A DNA stretch of 64,000 nucleotides from positions 1 to 64,000 of the forward strand of contig CAWGMA010000004.1 of the NCBI GenBank assembly GCA_963823555.1. Direction: 5' to 3'. The translations under genes were made by a program, and so were the position numbers. The stretch is from Candidatus Eiseniibacteriota bacterium. GTDB lineage: Bacteria > Eisenbacteria > RBG-16-71-46 > CAVPCR01. Shown here piece by piece: positions 1-10,263 of the stretch (positions within the stretch are counted from its first letter, which is position 1; every line of letters starts with the position of its first letter). The notes below the pieces were generated by a model, which did no database searches, was not told the DNA's origin, and saw nothing but the letters and a program-made list of their open reading frames with translations.

Positions 1-242
1 GCCAAGGTGCTCGACGAGGACGAAGAGACCGGGGCAAGAAGTTCAGGTACGTGCGGACGGGCGAGGACCACTTCTCGCTCGCGTTCACGTACGCCTGGAT
101 GGCAGCCGAGCGTCACGGTGGACCGAGGGTAAGAGTCATCGATCTCGGGCGACCGCTGAGGGCGTTACAGCCGTGGCCGGGCCAGAGGCTCCTGGGGCGG
201 TCACTGCTTGACGGGATACCGGGGCGACGAGGCGCGTGGTAA
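1..242 (+). CDS. 3' end of GpA-like phage terminase large subunit (runs off window start); paralog of 18515-19934
   Basis: Encodes AKVLDEDEETGA..RYVRTGEDHFSLAFTYAWMAAERHGGPRVRVIDLGRPL, near-identical to the C-terminus of the 446-aa terminase-like ORF on the minus strand. Confidence 0.75.
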   Translation, partial: QGARRGRRDRGKKFRYVRTGEDHFSLAFTYAWMAAERHGGPRVRVIDLGRPLRALQPWPGQRLLGRSLLDGIPGRRGAW

Positions 243-245
243 GAT
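237..245 (+). promoter_or_regulatory. Candidate extended -10 promoter (TGGTAAGAT) overlapping the terminase stop
   Basis: TGnTAnnnT motif; the equivalent TGGTAGAAT lies at the stop of the second terminase copy. Confidence 0.4.
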
Positions 246-383
246 TGGGGCAAAAGAACCGGCTGAGGACGCAGCCTTGCGTCGGCTGGTTCGGGCGTCG
301 GGTGCCGGCGCCTTTTACCCACGGGTCCTTCCCCAGAGGACGTGCGGGCAATGGCGGCCGACCTCAACGCCGAGGAGGACGCT

Positions 384-996
384 ATGTGCCACCGTCTGAT
401 TGTCCTCGCCACCCTCACCGCCATCTTGGTTTCCGCCCCGCCTGCCCACGCGGTCACGATCACGTTCGAGACCCGCGCCGGATGGGAGCGAGATTCGCGA
501 CGGCGGTCCCTTTACCTGCGGAGAGATAAGCCCTGAAGCGTTTCGAACTGGGGTGTTCTCTTGACCCCCGTGCCGGGCGATACGCTCAACATCCTGCCGA
601 ACGCTTGGTGAGTGCCTGTCTGTGCCAAACGCCCTCGGGCTCTGCTCGCAAAACGGAGAGCTTAACATCACGTTCGTCCGGCCTGGCACGGGCACGAGCA
701 CCGTCGTGAGCGGCATCGACCTCGCAATGATGACCGCGACGCTGCTGCCCTGGTTCGGGGGCATCAATACGTTCGACGCCGAGGGGGCTCTTCTCGACTC
801 GTGGGTGCTTCCTCATACCGGTTTCTGCCGAGAGCCTCCAGCCTACTACGACTACTACCACTTCTCCGCCCCCGGGCGCATTGCCCGGGTCGAATGTACC
901 TTCCAATACACATTCATCGACGATCTCATCGCGACCGAAGCCTCCACGCCCGTCGACGGATCGACGTGGGGAAGGATCAAGGCCTTCTACCCATAG
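384..996 (+). pseudogene. Frameshifted secreted protein with C-terminal TWGRIK tail
   Basis: RBS GAGGAGG, ATG at 384, signal peptide MCHRLIVLATLTAILVSAPPAHA; continues through frame changes into ORF 622-996 ending STPVDGSTWGRIKAFYP. Confidence 0.6.
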
Positions 997-1010
997 GAGG
1001 GTTCCTGACC

Positions 1011-3262
1011 ATGGCACCCGCCAAGCCACGATGGCTGCGCTGGTGTCCCGGATCGGTGTACCGAACTGCTTTCACGCTTCTCCTCCTTCTCGGCTCCGCA
1101 TGGCTCCTTGTCCCCCTGTCCTGGAGCCAGCCCGGTGGTCCTGAGAGCCCCGCCTACTGCATCCCCGAACCCTACTACCCGAACTGCACCGGCGCCCCAT
1201 CGGAATGCGGCCAGTGGGAGCTCTGCCCCTCGTACTTCGAAGCCATCCATGCCGCGCTCGTCCACCGCACCAACCCCGATTCCACGAAGGTCCTCGCCTG
1301 GGGCTACAACAGCACCGGCATCGGGGATTTCGAGCGACCTCGCCTGTGGACCCTGGCCACCGACTTGAACCCCTGCGGCGTCTGGAGCGACACGCTCTCG
1401 TGGCCCAGTCACTACGGCCAGGACAACCAGTTTCCTGCCGATCCCTCGTGTCTCCCTCCCGCCATCCGCAGGTATTCGGCGATGTGCGCCGGGCATGACT
1501 TCACCGAGGATGGGAAGCTCCAGATCGTGAGCGGCATCGAGGATCTCTGGGACTCGAACGATCGGTTTTCCTTCCATGCCGTGCGCTTCGACCCAGCGGC
1601 CGCATGGCCTGGCGGCTTCTCCGCGTACGCCGACAACCTCTACCGCCAGCGCTGGTACCCGAGTCCGCGCACGCGCCCGTGGGACCCGACGCCGCCGAAC
1701 GCGAACCCCGGGGCAAGCTCTACGCCTGGAACGGCATCCAGGATGATACGTGCTACGTCTCGCCCTACCCGACGCGGTTCCCTGAGCGCTGGGACGACAC
1801 GAGCTGGGAGACGTTGCTTCCGCAGGGACAAAACGAGTGCCACCCGACGATGAGCGCCTATGCCCCGGTCGTCATGATCCCCGACAGCACGTGGACGGGC
1901 CCGGGCCGCGGCCGCTGGCTCACGGTGAGCCAGGTCGAGAACCCCTCGACGCAGCTCCCGGACACCTGGGCGACGAGCCCCGAGAGTTGCCTTACGCTCA
2001 CGTTGCCTGATGTGTTGCGCCAGCATCGCGACGGATCGGAGGTTCTCGCTCCCTTCGAGCTCAATACGAACGGGACCTACAAGAGCGGCCCCAACCTCTA
2101 CTTGATCGGGGGTTGGACCGCGACGGACGCCCAAGGGCTCTGCGGCTCCCACGCACCACACCCCTGCGTCTCCTACTTCAACGCGCAGACGAAGACGTGG
2201 ATCGACAAGGCTCCGCTGTCGATCGCCCGCCAGGACCACAATGCGGTCCTCTTGCCGGATGGCATGATCTTCGTCGCCGGCGGCAGCAAGCAGCTCGACT
2301 GCTGCGCCCACGATCCGACCACGAACTGCGGGGCCGATTACTGGCAGCCGCCGTACCCGGGTCGCGAGTGCATCGCCAGGATCCCCGAGCTCTACGACCC
2401 GACGACGGATACCTGGCGGCGGCTCGCGCCGCACTCGACGGCGCGGACCTACCACTCCGAGGCGTTGCTTCTCCCCGATGGGCGCGTCTACCTGGGCGGC
2501 GGCGAGTACCTCAAGGGCGGTATTATCCCGCCTCCGCCGCAATGCCTCGTCACCACCGAGCACATGACGTCGACGATGGAGGTCTACAAGCCTCCCTACA
2601 TGTTCAAGACCCGGCCGGCGATCGACCCGCTCGGCTTGAACCAAGTGACCTACAACTCCATCATCACCTTCACCGTCAGCGGCTGGCAGGCCGGAAACTC
2701 CAAGGTTCTCCTCGTCCGCCAGGGATCGGCCACCCACGGCCACGAGATGTCCCAGCGCACCGTGCACCTGCTCATCACCAAGGAGAAGCAGCTCTCCGGG
2801 CAGAACTACGAGATAAAGGCCCGCATCCCCTCGGCGCCAACCGGCATCTTGCCTCCCGGCTGGTACATGCTGTGGATCGTCACCAACTGGTCGAACTCGA
2901 CCGACCGCCGCCCCTGCCAGGAGGCGCGGTGGGTTCGGCTGACCTACGGGATCCCCTTTGCGCCACCTGAAGGGGGTGAGGATGTCTCGCATGAAACCGT
3001 GCTCATGGATGTGCTCTCGACGTCTGTGGCAACAGGGGCGATCGAACTCGTGGTCACGGCGCCGGGGGGCGTGCTTGAGATCTACGACGTGTCGGGTCGT
3101 CATGTGTGCACGCTGAGCGCACGTCTCCCGGCGGGGCCAAGTCGGATCCGGTGGGATGGCAAGGCCGAGAACGGTCGCATGATGCCCGCGGGCGTCTACC
3201 TGGCACGCGCCGTCACAGCCGGAGGCTCTGTGCAGGTCAGAAAGGTGGTTCTGCTTCACTAG
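1011..3262 (+). CDS. Secreted galactose/glyoxal oxidase-like Kelch protein (AA5-like) with DUF1929 and FlgD-Ig C-terminal domain; one frameshift near 1670
   Basis: Signal-like N-terminus, MCAGH and RWYPS motifs in the first frame; RTYHSEALLLPDGRVYLGGGE, THGHEMSQR, PPGWYML and IYDVSGR..WDGK..GVYLAR in the second frame (1604-3262). Confidence 0.75.
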
Positions 3263-3340
3263 CGAGACCTGCCCCGGGCCTGAGGGGCTGTTGATGATGA
3301 AGGAGTGGACTTGGGGAATAGCTCCCCTGCCGAGGCTGGC

Positions 3341-3405
3341 GTGCCCCTTTTCCGCCCCTTTCGCCAGGGGCCATGCCCCTTTTCGGGCAGTTCCGGGAAG
3401 GCCGA
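3341..3405. repeat. Two units of the 32-bp (A/G)TGCCCC repeat, related to the 16918-17100 array
   Basis: GTGCCCCTTTTC at 3341 and ATGCCCCTTTTC at 3373, 32 bp apart; tail CCGGGAAGGCCG is identical to the tail of the unit at 16981. Confidence 0.7.
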
Positions 3406-3475
3406 GCAGGCGACCGGAAGACGATGTGATCGATGAGGGGAACCGGGAGGGCCTGGCTTCTCCTCGGCGGAGAAG

Positions 3476-4323
3476 TCGTACTCGTGCCGCTCGGGGTTGC
3501 CGCAGTACACGGTCCCACGGTCGGTCAGCATCCGCAGCAGGGAGATGCCCATCTCATCGAAGAACGGCAGCACCCGATCGTTCAGCAGATCCGCCGCCGT
3601 GATCGGCGTCTTCATCGTGTACAACTTGGCAAAGGCCACCCGACTGTAGGTGTCGATGAACGTCTGCTGGTAGATCCGCCCTACGCCTTTCATCGTCCCG
3701 ACGTAGAACGTGTCCTGCGCTCCCAGGTACCCCGGATGCTGGGTCTCGATCTCGCCGTAGGCCTCTTTCTCTTCCTTCGCCGACTCCAAGGCCCGGAGTT
3801 GCTCTTCCGTGAGCAGCATCCCCTCCTGCGCTACCTTTTCTTCCAAGGCCTTCAGCCGCTTCCGCTTCGTCTCCAGTCCATGGCGCTGCCAAATGCCTCG
3901 CACCCCAGCCGGTGACAGCTGATGCCCCTTGAGCTCCAACAGCTTGTCCGCGGCCCGCACTTGCCCGTAGGCCGGATACTCCAGGGCCAATGCCACGACC
4001 GCCGCTTCCACCTCCTCCGGACAACGGTTGCGACGATTAGGCTTACGACGGCTGATCTCCTTCAGCCCCTCCAGCCCGTCCTGCTCGTAGCGCTCCTTCA
4101 GCCGGTAGAAGGTGTCGCGCGAATAGCCCAGCTGCCGACAGGCCTCACTCACGTTCCCGAGGTATGAGGCTAGGTCTAGCAGATTCATCTTGGCTCGGAT
4201 AAGCTTCATCTGGGTCGTCATGGGTCTTCCTCCTTGGTTGGTTTGGACACTTCCCAAGAAGGGTACCCGGACGACCCGTCCTCTTCCAGGCGGGTTGTCA
4301 GATCAAGTCGTAACTAGTGCACA
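3476..4323 (-). mobile_element. IS481-family insertion sequence, 3'-truncated; transposase ATG at 4221
   Basis: LGNVSEACRQLGYSRDTFYR HTH, HPGYLGAQDTFYVG..GRIYQQTFIDTYS, LTDRG DDE-domain motifs; terminal TGTGCACTAGTTACGACTTGATCTGACA from 4323; homology stops after HEYD and no right end is seen. Confidence 0.85.
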
Positions 4324-4385
4324 TAAAGCCGCCCGAATCCGGCGACGACTTGCCAGGCGCGGAAGAGCACCTGCACGCGGCGACG
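4324..4385 (-). pseudogene. Middle fragment of a small tyrosine recombinase, cut by IS481
   Basis: RRRVQVLFRAWQVVAGFGRLY; recalled as the segment just before the HxLRH box in the 'DLFLAQRFARHASPLTT' integrase family (not searched). Confidence 0.5.
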
Positions 4386-4395
4386 TGTGCGGTTG

Positions 4396-5538
4396 CTACC
4401 AGGAGCGTCCGAGTGCTTTGACCTGGCCCCAGGTGGCCGGCTCGACCGCCGCGCCGCAGCCGATCCCGAGCGCTCCGATGAGACCGCACCCGGTCGGCGA
4501 ATGAGCGGGCGAGCAAGGCGAAGAAGAGTCGAGCGTGTAATCCTCGCACAGCAGAGGATCGAGAGAAAAGTTGTCACCCAGATCGGTCCCGCAGAGTTCA
4601 TCGCCACCCTGATTGCCGAAGACATCGGAGCACTCGAAGGCGCCAGCACCGTCGCACATGACCCCGCGACTATCATTGAATGCCACGATGGATCCCGACA
4701 TTGTGCCATTATACATAAGGACAGTCAGCCAGTAGGATCGATTGCGTACGATTGTGCAACTCTCGATAGAGGTCGCCGTCAGGATACCGACTTGGTACGT
4801 CGAGGGGGGGGCGGTGAATCCGTTGTCGACCACTAGCGTCCGCACATACCGACTTGAACCGCTCAGGACCCAACCCCTATCGCTGAGATTGTCGCGAATT
4901 GTGCACTCAATGAACTCAGGCACACCCACGCTCTTATATACAGCTCCTCCATCATGCGCGCGATTGCCTATGATCGTGCATCGTTCTAGGCGCGGGGAAG
5001 CGTGGCGAGCACCCAAACCGCCCCCGTTGCCGCTGCATTGGTTGTTTCGTATGGTACACGCCGAGAAGTTGACCGTACTCGCGAATACATAGATGCCACC
5101 TCCATCATACTCTGCATAATTGTCCTGGATAACACAGTCTTGAATTGTTGCACTGCCGCCAATCAACACGAGGCCGCCACCGACGCCGATCAGGTCAGGA
5201 AAGCTGGACCCAAGACCATTCGTGAGGGTGAAGCCGGTGAGAACGAGGTTCTCGGCTCCAAGAGCGCACAACACGCTCAGCGTGTCGGGCCGTGACGGAA
5301 AGCGACCGTCGATCACGGTGACATCCGGCCCGCCTAGGGACCGCAGGGTGATCGACTTGCCGAGGATCAAGAGGCTCTCTACGTACGTTCCCGGGCGAAC
5401 GAGAATCGTGTCAGCGTCGAGGGATGCGTCGATCGCGGCCTGGATGGTGACGAATTGGTCGGGGACGACCCACGTCTCTGCCGAAGCATCCCCAATGCGG
5501 GAGTAGCAGGCGATCATCGCCAGCGCAAGCCATCTCAT
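4396..5538 (-). CDS. Secreted right-handed parallel beta-helix protein with TWGQVK tail
   Basis: RBS GGAGGAGG, signal peptide, VPDQFVTIQAAID, GGG/N repeats, NFSLDPLLC..CGLIGAL, ends AVEPATWGQVKALGRSW. Confidence 0.85.
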   Translation of the reverse strand: MRWLALAMIACYSRIGDASAETWVVPDQFVTIQAAIDASLDADTILVRPGTYVESLLILGKSITLRSLGGPDVTVIDGRFPSRPDTLSVLCALGAENLVLTGFTLTNGLGSSFPDLIGVGGGLVLIGGSATIQDCVIQDNYAEYDGGGIYVFASTVNFSACTIRNNQCSGNGGGLGARHASPRLERCTIIGNRAHDGGAVYKSVGVPEFIECTIRDNLSDRGWVLSGSSRYVRTLVVDNGFTAPPSTYQVGILTATSIESCTIVRNRSYWLTVLMYNGTMSGSIVAFNDSRGVMCDGAGAFECSDVFGNQGGDELCGTDLGDNFSLDPLLCEDYTLDSSSPCSPAHSPTGCGLIGALGIGCGAAVEPATWGQVKALGRSW

Positions 5539-5637
5539 GCCTCCTCCGTGGGCAATTGAGCCCGATAGTTCCAAGCGTTTGGACTCAGGGGAAGAATCCC
5601 GGGGGGATCCCCATCGCCGTCCGCGCATAGCGGTGGC

Positions 5638-6063
5638 TCAGCCCTCTGGCCCTTCTAGCGGAATGCACGGGCAGAGCTTGACACAATCGTGCACGGAGCC
5701 CTCGGTGTGAATCTGGTCAACAACCCATTCACCCGCGTGGAGATCGCCCGGACCCGAGGTCCAATAGCCCCAAATGGTGATAACTGTGCCTTCTTGGTAC
5801 CCGCAGCGTTCGACTATCAGCGTTTCATAGAAGTATCCGTCGACCCAAACACCAGAAGGGCATGGGTCCGGATCTGTATTCGTGTCGGACGTCCCCGACG
5901 GCACGTGGAGAAAGTCTCCTACCTCGAGCGTGTTCGCTGGCACTATGGCCCAGGCGAAGTCCTCAACCTCACACCAGGCTCCAGCCTCACCAACCAGCAG
6001 CAGTGCCACTGCCAGAGCAGCGGCAGTCGCTGCGCTCCAAAGACGAAGGGTACAGCAGGCCAT
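5638..6063 (-). CDS. Small secreted Cys-rich hypothetical protein
   Basis: RBS AGGGAGGGAG before ATG 6063; signal peptide AATAAALAVALLLVGEAGA. Confidence 0.6.
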   Translation of the reverse strand: MACCTLRLWSAATAAALAVALLLVGEAGAWCEVEDFAWAIVPANTLEVGDFLHVPSGTSDTNTDPDPCPSGVWVDGYFYETLIVERCGYQEGTVITIWGYWTSGPGDLHAGEWVVDQIHTEGSVHDCVKLCPCIPLEGPEG

Positions 6064-6920
6064 GTCTCCCTCCCTATCGCATCGCGTCGATGGCGATTCC
6101 GACCGTGATGTTCTGTTGGCTTCGCTGTCTGCCGGACGCTGCCGGGCCTTCGGCGTCGCTGGCGGCGTGGTCTTCAACATGCTTCCGCTGCGGCTGGTCG
6201 TCTGGCCAAGCCGCAATTTGCTTGTATAGCATGGACCAGTCCATGTGAACGCCCTCTGGGGGCGGCCCTGGGCTGGACCGCTAGAGGGCACGGCATGCCA
6301 TGGACACGAGTATCCGGCGGATCGGATGGCCGAACTGACGGCCAGGCTCTCCGAGCCCTGCCACTTTGTCTGCGGGAGATTCTCCTGGTATCGTGCTAGT
6401 CAATGCTGGGAAGTCGCAAAATCGTAAGGTTGTTCTTGAGCTTGGTAGGGTGAGGTCGGAGGAAGTTGGAGCGGGCGTCTCGGGCCGTGACCTGCGTGAC
6501 CTGCACCCCGATCGCTGTCGCGGTCGAGTCGAGTAAGTGCTTCCTGCACAGCAGGTTGTGATGACGGTCGTCGGATGGTCGGCATGACGAATTGTCAGCT
6601 TGGCCGTAGTGTCCGAAAAGTCGATCGCGTAGTGACCGAAAATACGATCGTGCTGCCAGAGCGGCAGTTACGGTGCATCTGATAGCCTTCTCGGATGCTC
6701 GATGCCATTCGCTTCCGCCTCTTCCTGGCTACCTTTGCCTGGCAAGGTGGGCAGTCGCCAGAAGCGCTGTGGGATGAGGCACAAGGGATCGCCAGCCTGG
6801 GCAGGGGAGCCTTCGAGGGACCTGGCGGGGAGGTCGCAAAGAGAGAGAGGTTCGAACACCGTCCCACTTGGGGAGCCACCGTTCGGAGTCGCGAGCTGCA
6901 AGCGACCCCGTGGTTGACAG

Positions 6921-6952
6921 GAGACCCCGACGGAGAGATCCGCCGGGGTCTC
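6921..6952. terminator. GC-rich hairpin in ORF-poor spacer
   Basis: GAGACCCCGACGGA-GAGA-TCCGCCGGGGTCTC stem-loop. Confidence 0.4.
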
Positions 6953-7260
6953 GTCGTTAGGCGAGAAATGGCACCGGGTTGCGGGTGCAAGCGCGGCGGG
7001 TGCGACTCTCTGTTCGCGAACAGTGCTAGTTGGCGGCCCGAGATGTGGACCTCGAAATGGGCCCGTGGGACCCCAAACTCTCTCCCTCTCGGCGACAGTC
7101 GGAGAACTGGTTAACAAGGGTGGTCTACTCGGGGGGCCAAGTAGGACGGGTTTCGAAGTCCCAACCCGGTCAGCAGCCGCTTCTTCCGCCATGGGGTCAG
7201 GCACACTGTCTTGCCCTATCGATCAGTAGTCCCTCCCTTGCAACCCGTTAGCGTCTCCGC

Positions 7261-8772
7261 TTAGTCCTGATACCTAGCCTTGATCCGCCCCCAGGTAGAG
7301 GGCTCGACGGCGTTCGGACACGAGCAGCCCACATCGAGAGCACCGATCAGCCCGCAGTCGCCGGACTGGGCAGGTGCACATTTCGATTCTTCGCAGAGCT
7401 GCCAGTCGTCAGCCTTGGGATCGCAGAAGCGCGGGTCGGCAGAGATGTTGCCGTCCGTTCCCAACTGCTCGTTGATGCACCCCACCCAGTCGCCACCTTC
7501 GTTGCCGTAGATGTCGCTGCAGGTCATAGCTGCCAGCGCCAGCCCTGCACAAGCGACAGCCGAGCCTCCTTGTCCCGTGGCTATGATGACGTTGTCAAGC
7601 TGGTGGGTCACTGGGGTAACACTGAACACCCCAATGCCACTCGCCTCTTGCGCGCTGTTGCGCGCTATTGTGCAGTTCCTGATCACGACAGGTTCCCGAC
7701 TGCCACAGGATATTCCACCTCCCCAATTCACCGCCGCGTTGTCAGCGATAATGCACTCTTCGATGGTTGCTGCCCCATGGATCGAAATGCCTGCTCCTGA
7801 TCCTGCGCGGTTCCTAGTGAGCACACAACCGCTGATTTCTGAATCCGTGGTTGCGAGCCCACCTCCACCTGATGCGACATTGCCAGTGAAGATGCAGTCC
7901 CGCACGGAGCAGTACAAGGCCGCGAGCCCACCGCTGCTCCCTTCGGCGACATTGTCCACGAAGCTGCAACCTGTGACCTTACCACCACAGACGAAGGCAC
8001 CGCCTGAAAGCGGTGCCGTGTTGGAGTTGAATACGCAACCCTCGATCACCGGTGGTTCAATCACTGCATCACACACGGACACGCCCAATCCGCCGCCATC
8101 AGCTACCGATCCGATTGCTCTGTTCTCGACGAAGGAACAGCGCCTTACAACTACTGATGACTGGTGTCCTCCCAGGCCTCCTCCAACAGCGCCAGTCCCA
8201 ACGGCTGCATTCCGCTCGAACCTGCAATCTTCGATGATCGGCGCGCCTCCATAGCATGAGATCCCCCCGCCTCCCCCATTGAAATTCGCACCATGGGCTG
8301 AATTGCTCCGGAGAATGCAGTTGCGGATGATCAACGACGACCCCCCGATGAACATCCCGCCGCCGCCGACCGGGTCCCCACCATCCGCGTCCCCGTTCTG
8401 GACGGTGAACCCCTCGACGAGGCCGAGGGGGCTGTTGACTCCCGCAATGAAGAAGCCGCGACCCGACCCCTCGCAGTCTATGATCGTCACCTCTGGACCA
8501 CCCTCCGAGCGCACCGCGATGTCCTTGCCCTCAATGCGCACGTTCTTGTTCCCGGGACCTGTGTAGGTTCCAGTTGCCACTAGCACCTCGTCCCCGGTCG
8601 CTGCCGCGTCGACAGCAGCCTGGATCGTCGGCTGGTCGGCAGGGACCCGGATCGTCCCAGCCGACGCCGGGTCCCCACCAGCTATAATCCAGGTGAGCGC
8701 TAGGAGCAGGGGCCAGTTCCGGTTGGGCCTTCCGCCCAATGGCGGCCGTTCCGCGTCCGGGTGGATCACCAT
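7261..8772 (-). CDS. Secreted parallel beta-helix protein with TWGRIK tail
   Basis: TIRVPADQPTIQAAVD, repeated GGG..CxFxxN, NISADPRFC..CGLIGAL, ends NAVEPSTWGRIKARYQD. Confidence 0.88.
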   Translation of the reverse strand: MVIHPDAERPPLGGRPNRNWPLLLALTWIIAGGDPASAGTIRVPADQPTIQAAVDAAATGDEVLVATGTYTGPGNKNVRIEGKDIAVRSEGGPEVTIIDCEGSGRGFFIAGVNSPLGLVEGFTVQNGDADGGDPVGGGGMFIGGSSLIIRNCILRSNSAHGANFNGGGGGISCYGGAPIIEDCRFERNAAVGTGAVGGGLGGHQSSVVVRRCSFVENRAIGSVADGGGLGVSVCDAVIEPPVIEGCVFNSNTAPLSGGAFVCGGKVTGCSFVDNVAEGSSGGLAALYCSVRDCIFTGNVASGGGGLATTDSEISGCVLTRNRAGSGAGISIHGAATIEECIIADNAAVNWGGGISCGSREPVVIRNCTIARNSAQEASGIGVFSVTPVTHQLDNVIIATGQGGSAVACAGLALAAMTCSDIYGNEGGDWVGCINEQLGTDGNISADPRFCDPKADDWQLCEESKCAPAQSGDCGLIGALDVGCSCPNAVEPSTWGRIKARYQD

Positions 8773-8781
8773 GGGTCACCT

Positions 8782-10263
8782 CTATCTTACGAGCACCACC
8801 CGCTCGGTCAGCCGCGAACGACCAAAGCGAAACTCGACGAAGTAGACTCCGGAGTGAGCTCCAAGCCCTTCATCAGTCCTTCCATCCCAGGTCAGCTGGT
8901 GTCGCTGGCTCACAATCCCCTGGCCAGCAACGATACGGACGAGACGGCCCGAAGCGTCATAGACGCGTACGGTCAAAGGAAGAGGCGTCTCTAGATTCAC
9001 TTGGAAGGTTGCTCCGCTCGCACCCACGAGAGGACTGAGCCTCGAGACCATCACTTTAGATTCATTGCCATCGGCTTGCGCTGACCGCGCCACCAACGAG
9101 TTGTCCCCAACATCCAGGGTCACGTCCTCAAAATGCTCGTTGACGATCTGAAGAAGAGGGCTGTCCCCATCGAACCCGATCGCCCCGGGACCTGTGACAT
9201 GCAGATCGAAACGCGCAATCGCACGAATCTCGCCGCCACGGAGGGGGTTGAATGCCGCGGCGTAGGCCATTCGGTACATGCCATCACCGGGGTAGCCCAG
9301 GAGCTGACCTGGCAGCAATTCCGCATCGAGCCCCTCAAAGCACCATTCCTTTGGCCATTGCAGCCGAGCGTGGATTCCGCGAATGCAATCATAGCCCTGA
9401 GCGTACATGAGTATCGTCTTGTTCTGACCGTCAGGTCCCACAGGGCCGACTGCTGTTACTGCCTGTTCGGGCGTAACCAGTGGCAGCACTACGCCCTCAG
9501 GCAGACGATTCACAATGTGGAGATATACCTGCATTCGGTTGTCGGTCTGATTCGCGACCTCCGCTGTGGGTGGCCTGGCAAAGTCATCGTAGCAACCGTT
9601 AATTGCGCAGTAGTGTGCTTGGAACAGGCCGAGATCCGAAGTCGAGATGATGTCATTCCTGCTGAAGTCACCCTTGTATGCCGGCCCCCCATTCAAGAAT
9701 GCTTGCTGAAAGACCGAAAGGTCTTCTAACGACAAGTCTCCATCGGGAAGGTAGTAGGGTCCATCCGGTCCCCACTGATCCATGTTGCGGAATCCTCCGT
9801 CCTCATCGATATCAGTTCCTGGAATGGCCCAGAGGGTGCCTCCACACTGGCTGTAGTAGTGGATAATGTCCACCCCGCAGCCATCTGGCTTATAATCCGC
9901 TCCGGAAGGTAGGCTGTCACTCCAGTAGAGGACACCATCAGATCCAGACGTGTTATCCGGGATGATGTTGGTATGCGATCGGCAATTCGAGTAGTTCCAG
10001 TCGAGCCCCACTGCCCACAGCCCTTCAATTGGATCCCCGTTCCCATCCTTAGCAGTCATATAGTAGTGGAGCTTGGCCTCGGAGGAGAGGTACGGTGATG
10101 TGTTGGCGGGACTTAGGACAATGCGGTCATCGTACTCCGACTGCCCGCTGCTGGGGCAGTTGGTACAGCTTGGTGGAATGCAGACTTGAGCATGGACTAC
10201 AGACGCTGCAACCCCGAAAGAAGCCATGATGGAAATGCAAGCAGAGATCCATCTCTTGCTCAT
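8782..10263 (-). CDS. Secreted protein with dockerin/EF-hand-like repeats and FlgD-Ig C-terminal domain
   Basis: ATG 10263 after AGAGGT, signal peptide, DGDLSLEDLSVF / GDFSRNDIISTSDLGLF, VYDASGRLVR..WDGRTDEG..SGVYF. Confidence 0.8.
   Translation of the reverse strand: MSKRWISACISIMASFGVAASVVHAQVCIPPSCTNCPSSGQSEYDDRIVLSPANTSPYLSSEAKLHYYMTAKDGNGDPIEGLWAVGLDWNYSNCRSHTNIIPDNTSGSDGVLYWSDSLPSGADYKPDGCGVDIIHYYSQCGGTLWAIPGTDIDEDGGFRNMDQWGPDGPYYLPDGDLSLEDLSVFQQAFLNGGPAYKGDFSRNDIISTSDLGLFQAHYCAINGCYDDFARPPTAEVANQTDNRMQVYLHIVNRLPEGVVLPLVTPEQAVTAVGPVGPDGQNKTILMYAQGYDCIRGIHARLQWPKEWCFEGLDAELLPGQLLGYPGDGMYRMAYAAAFNPLRGGEIRAIARFDLHVTGPGAIGFDGDSPLLQIVNEHFEDVTLDVGDNSLVARSAQADGNESKVMVSRLSPLVGASGATFQVNLETPLPLTVRVYDASGRLVRIVAGQGIVSQRHQLTWDGRTDEGLGAHSGVYFVEFRFGRSRLTERVVLVR

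Noticed and set aside
3259..3475. C-terminus of the IS481 ORF as a real transposase domain
   Set aside because: Read-through into non-coding repeat DNA after the truncation at HEYD.
6965..7010. tRNA or tmRNA 3' end (…CCCGGTGCCA on the minus strand)
   Set aside because: No T-loop or cloverleaf could be built.
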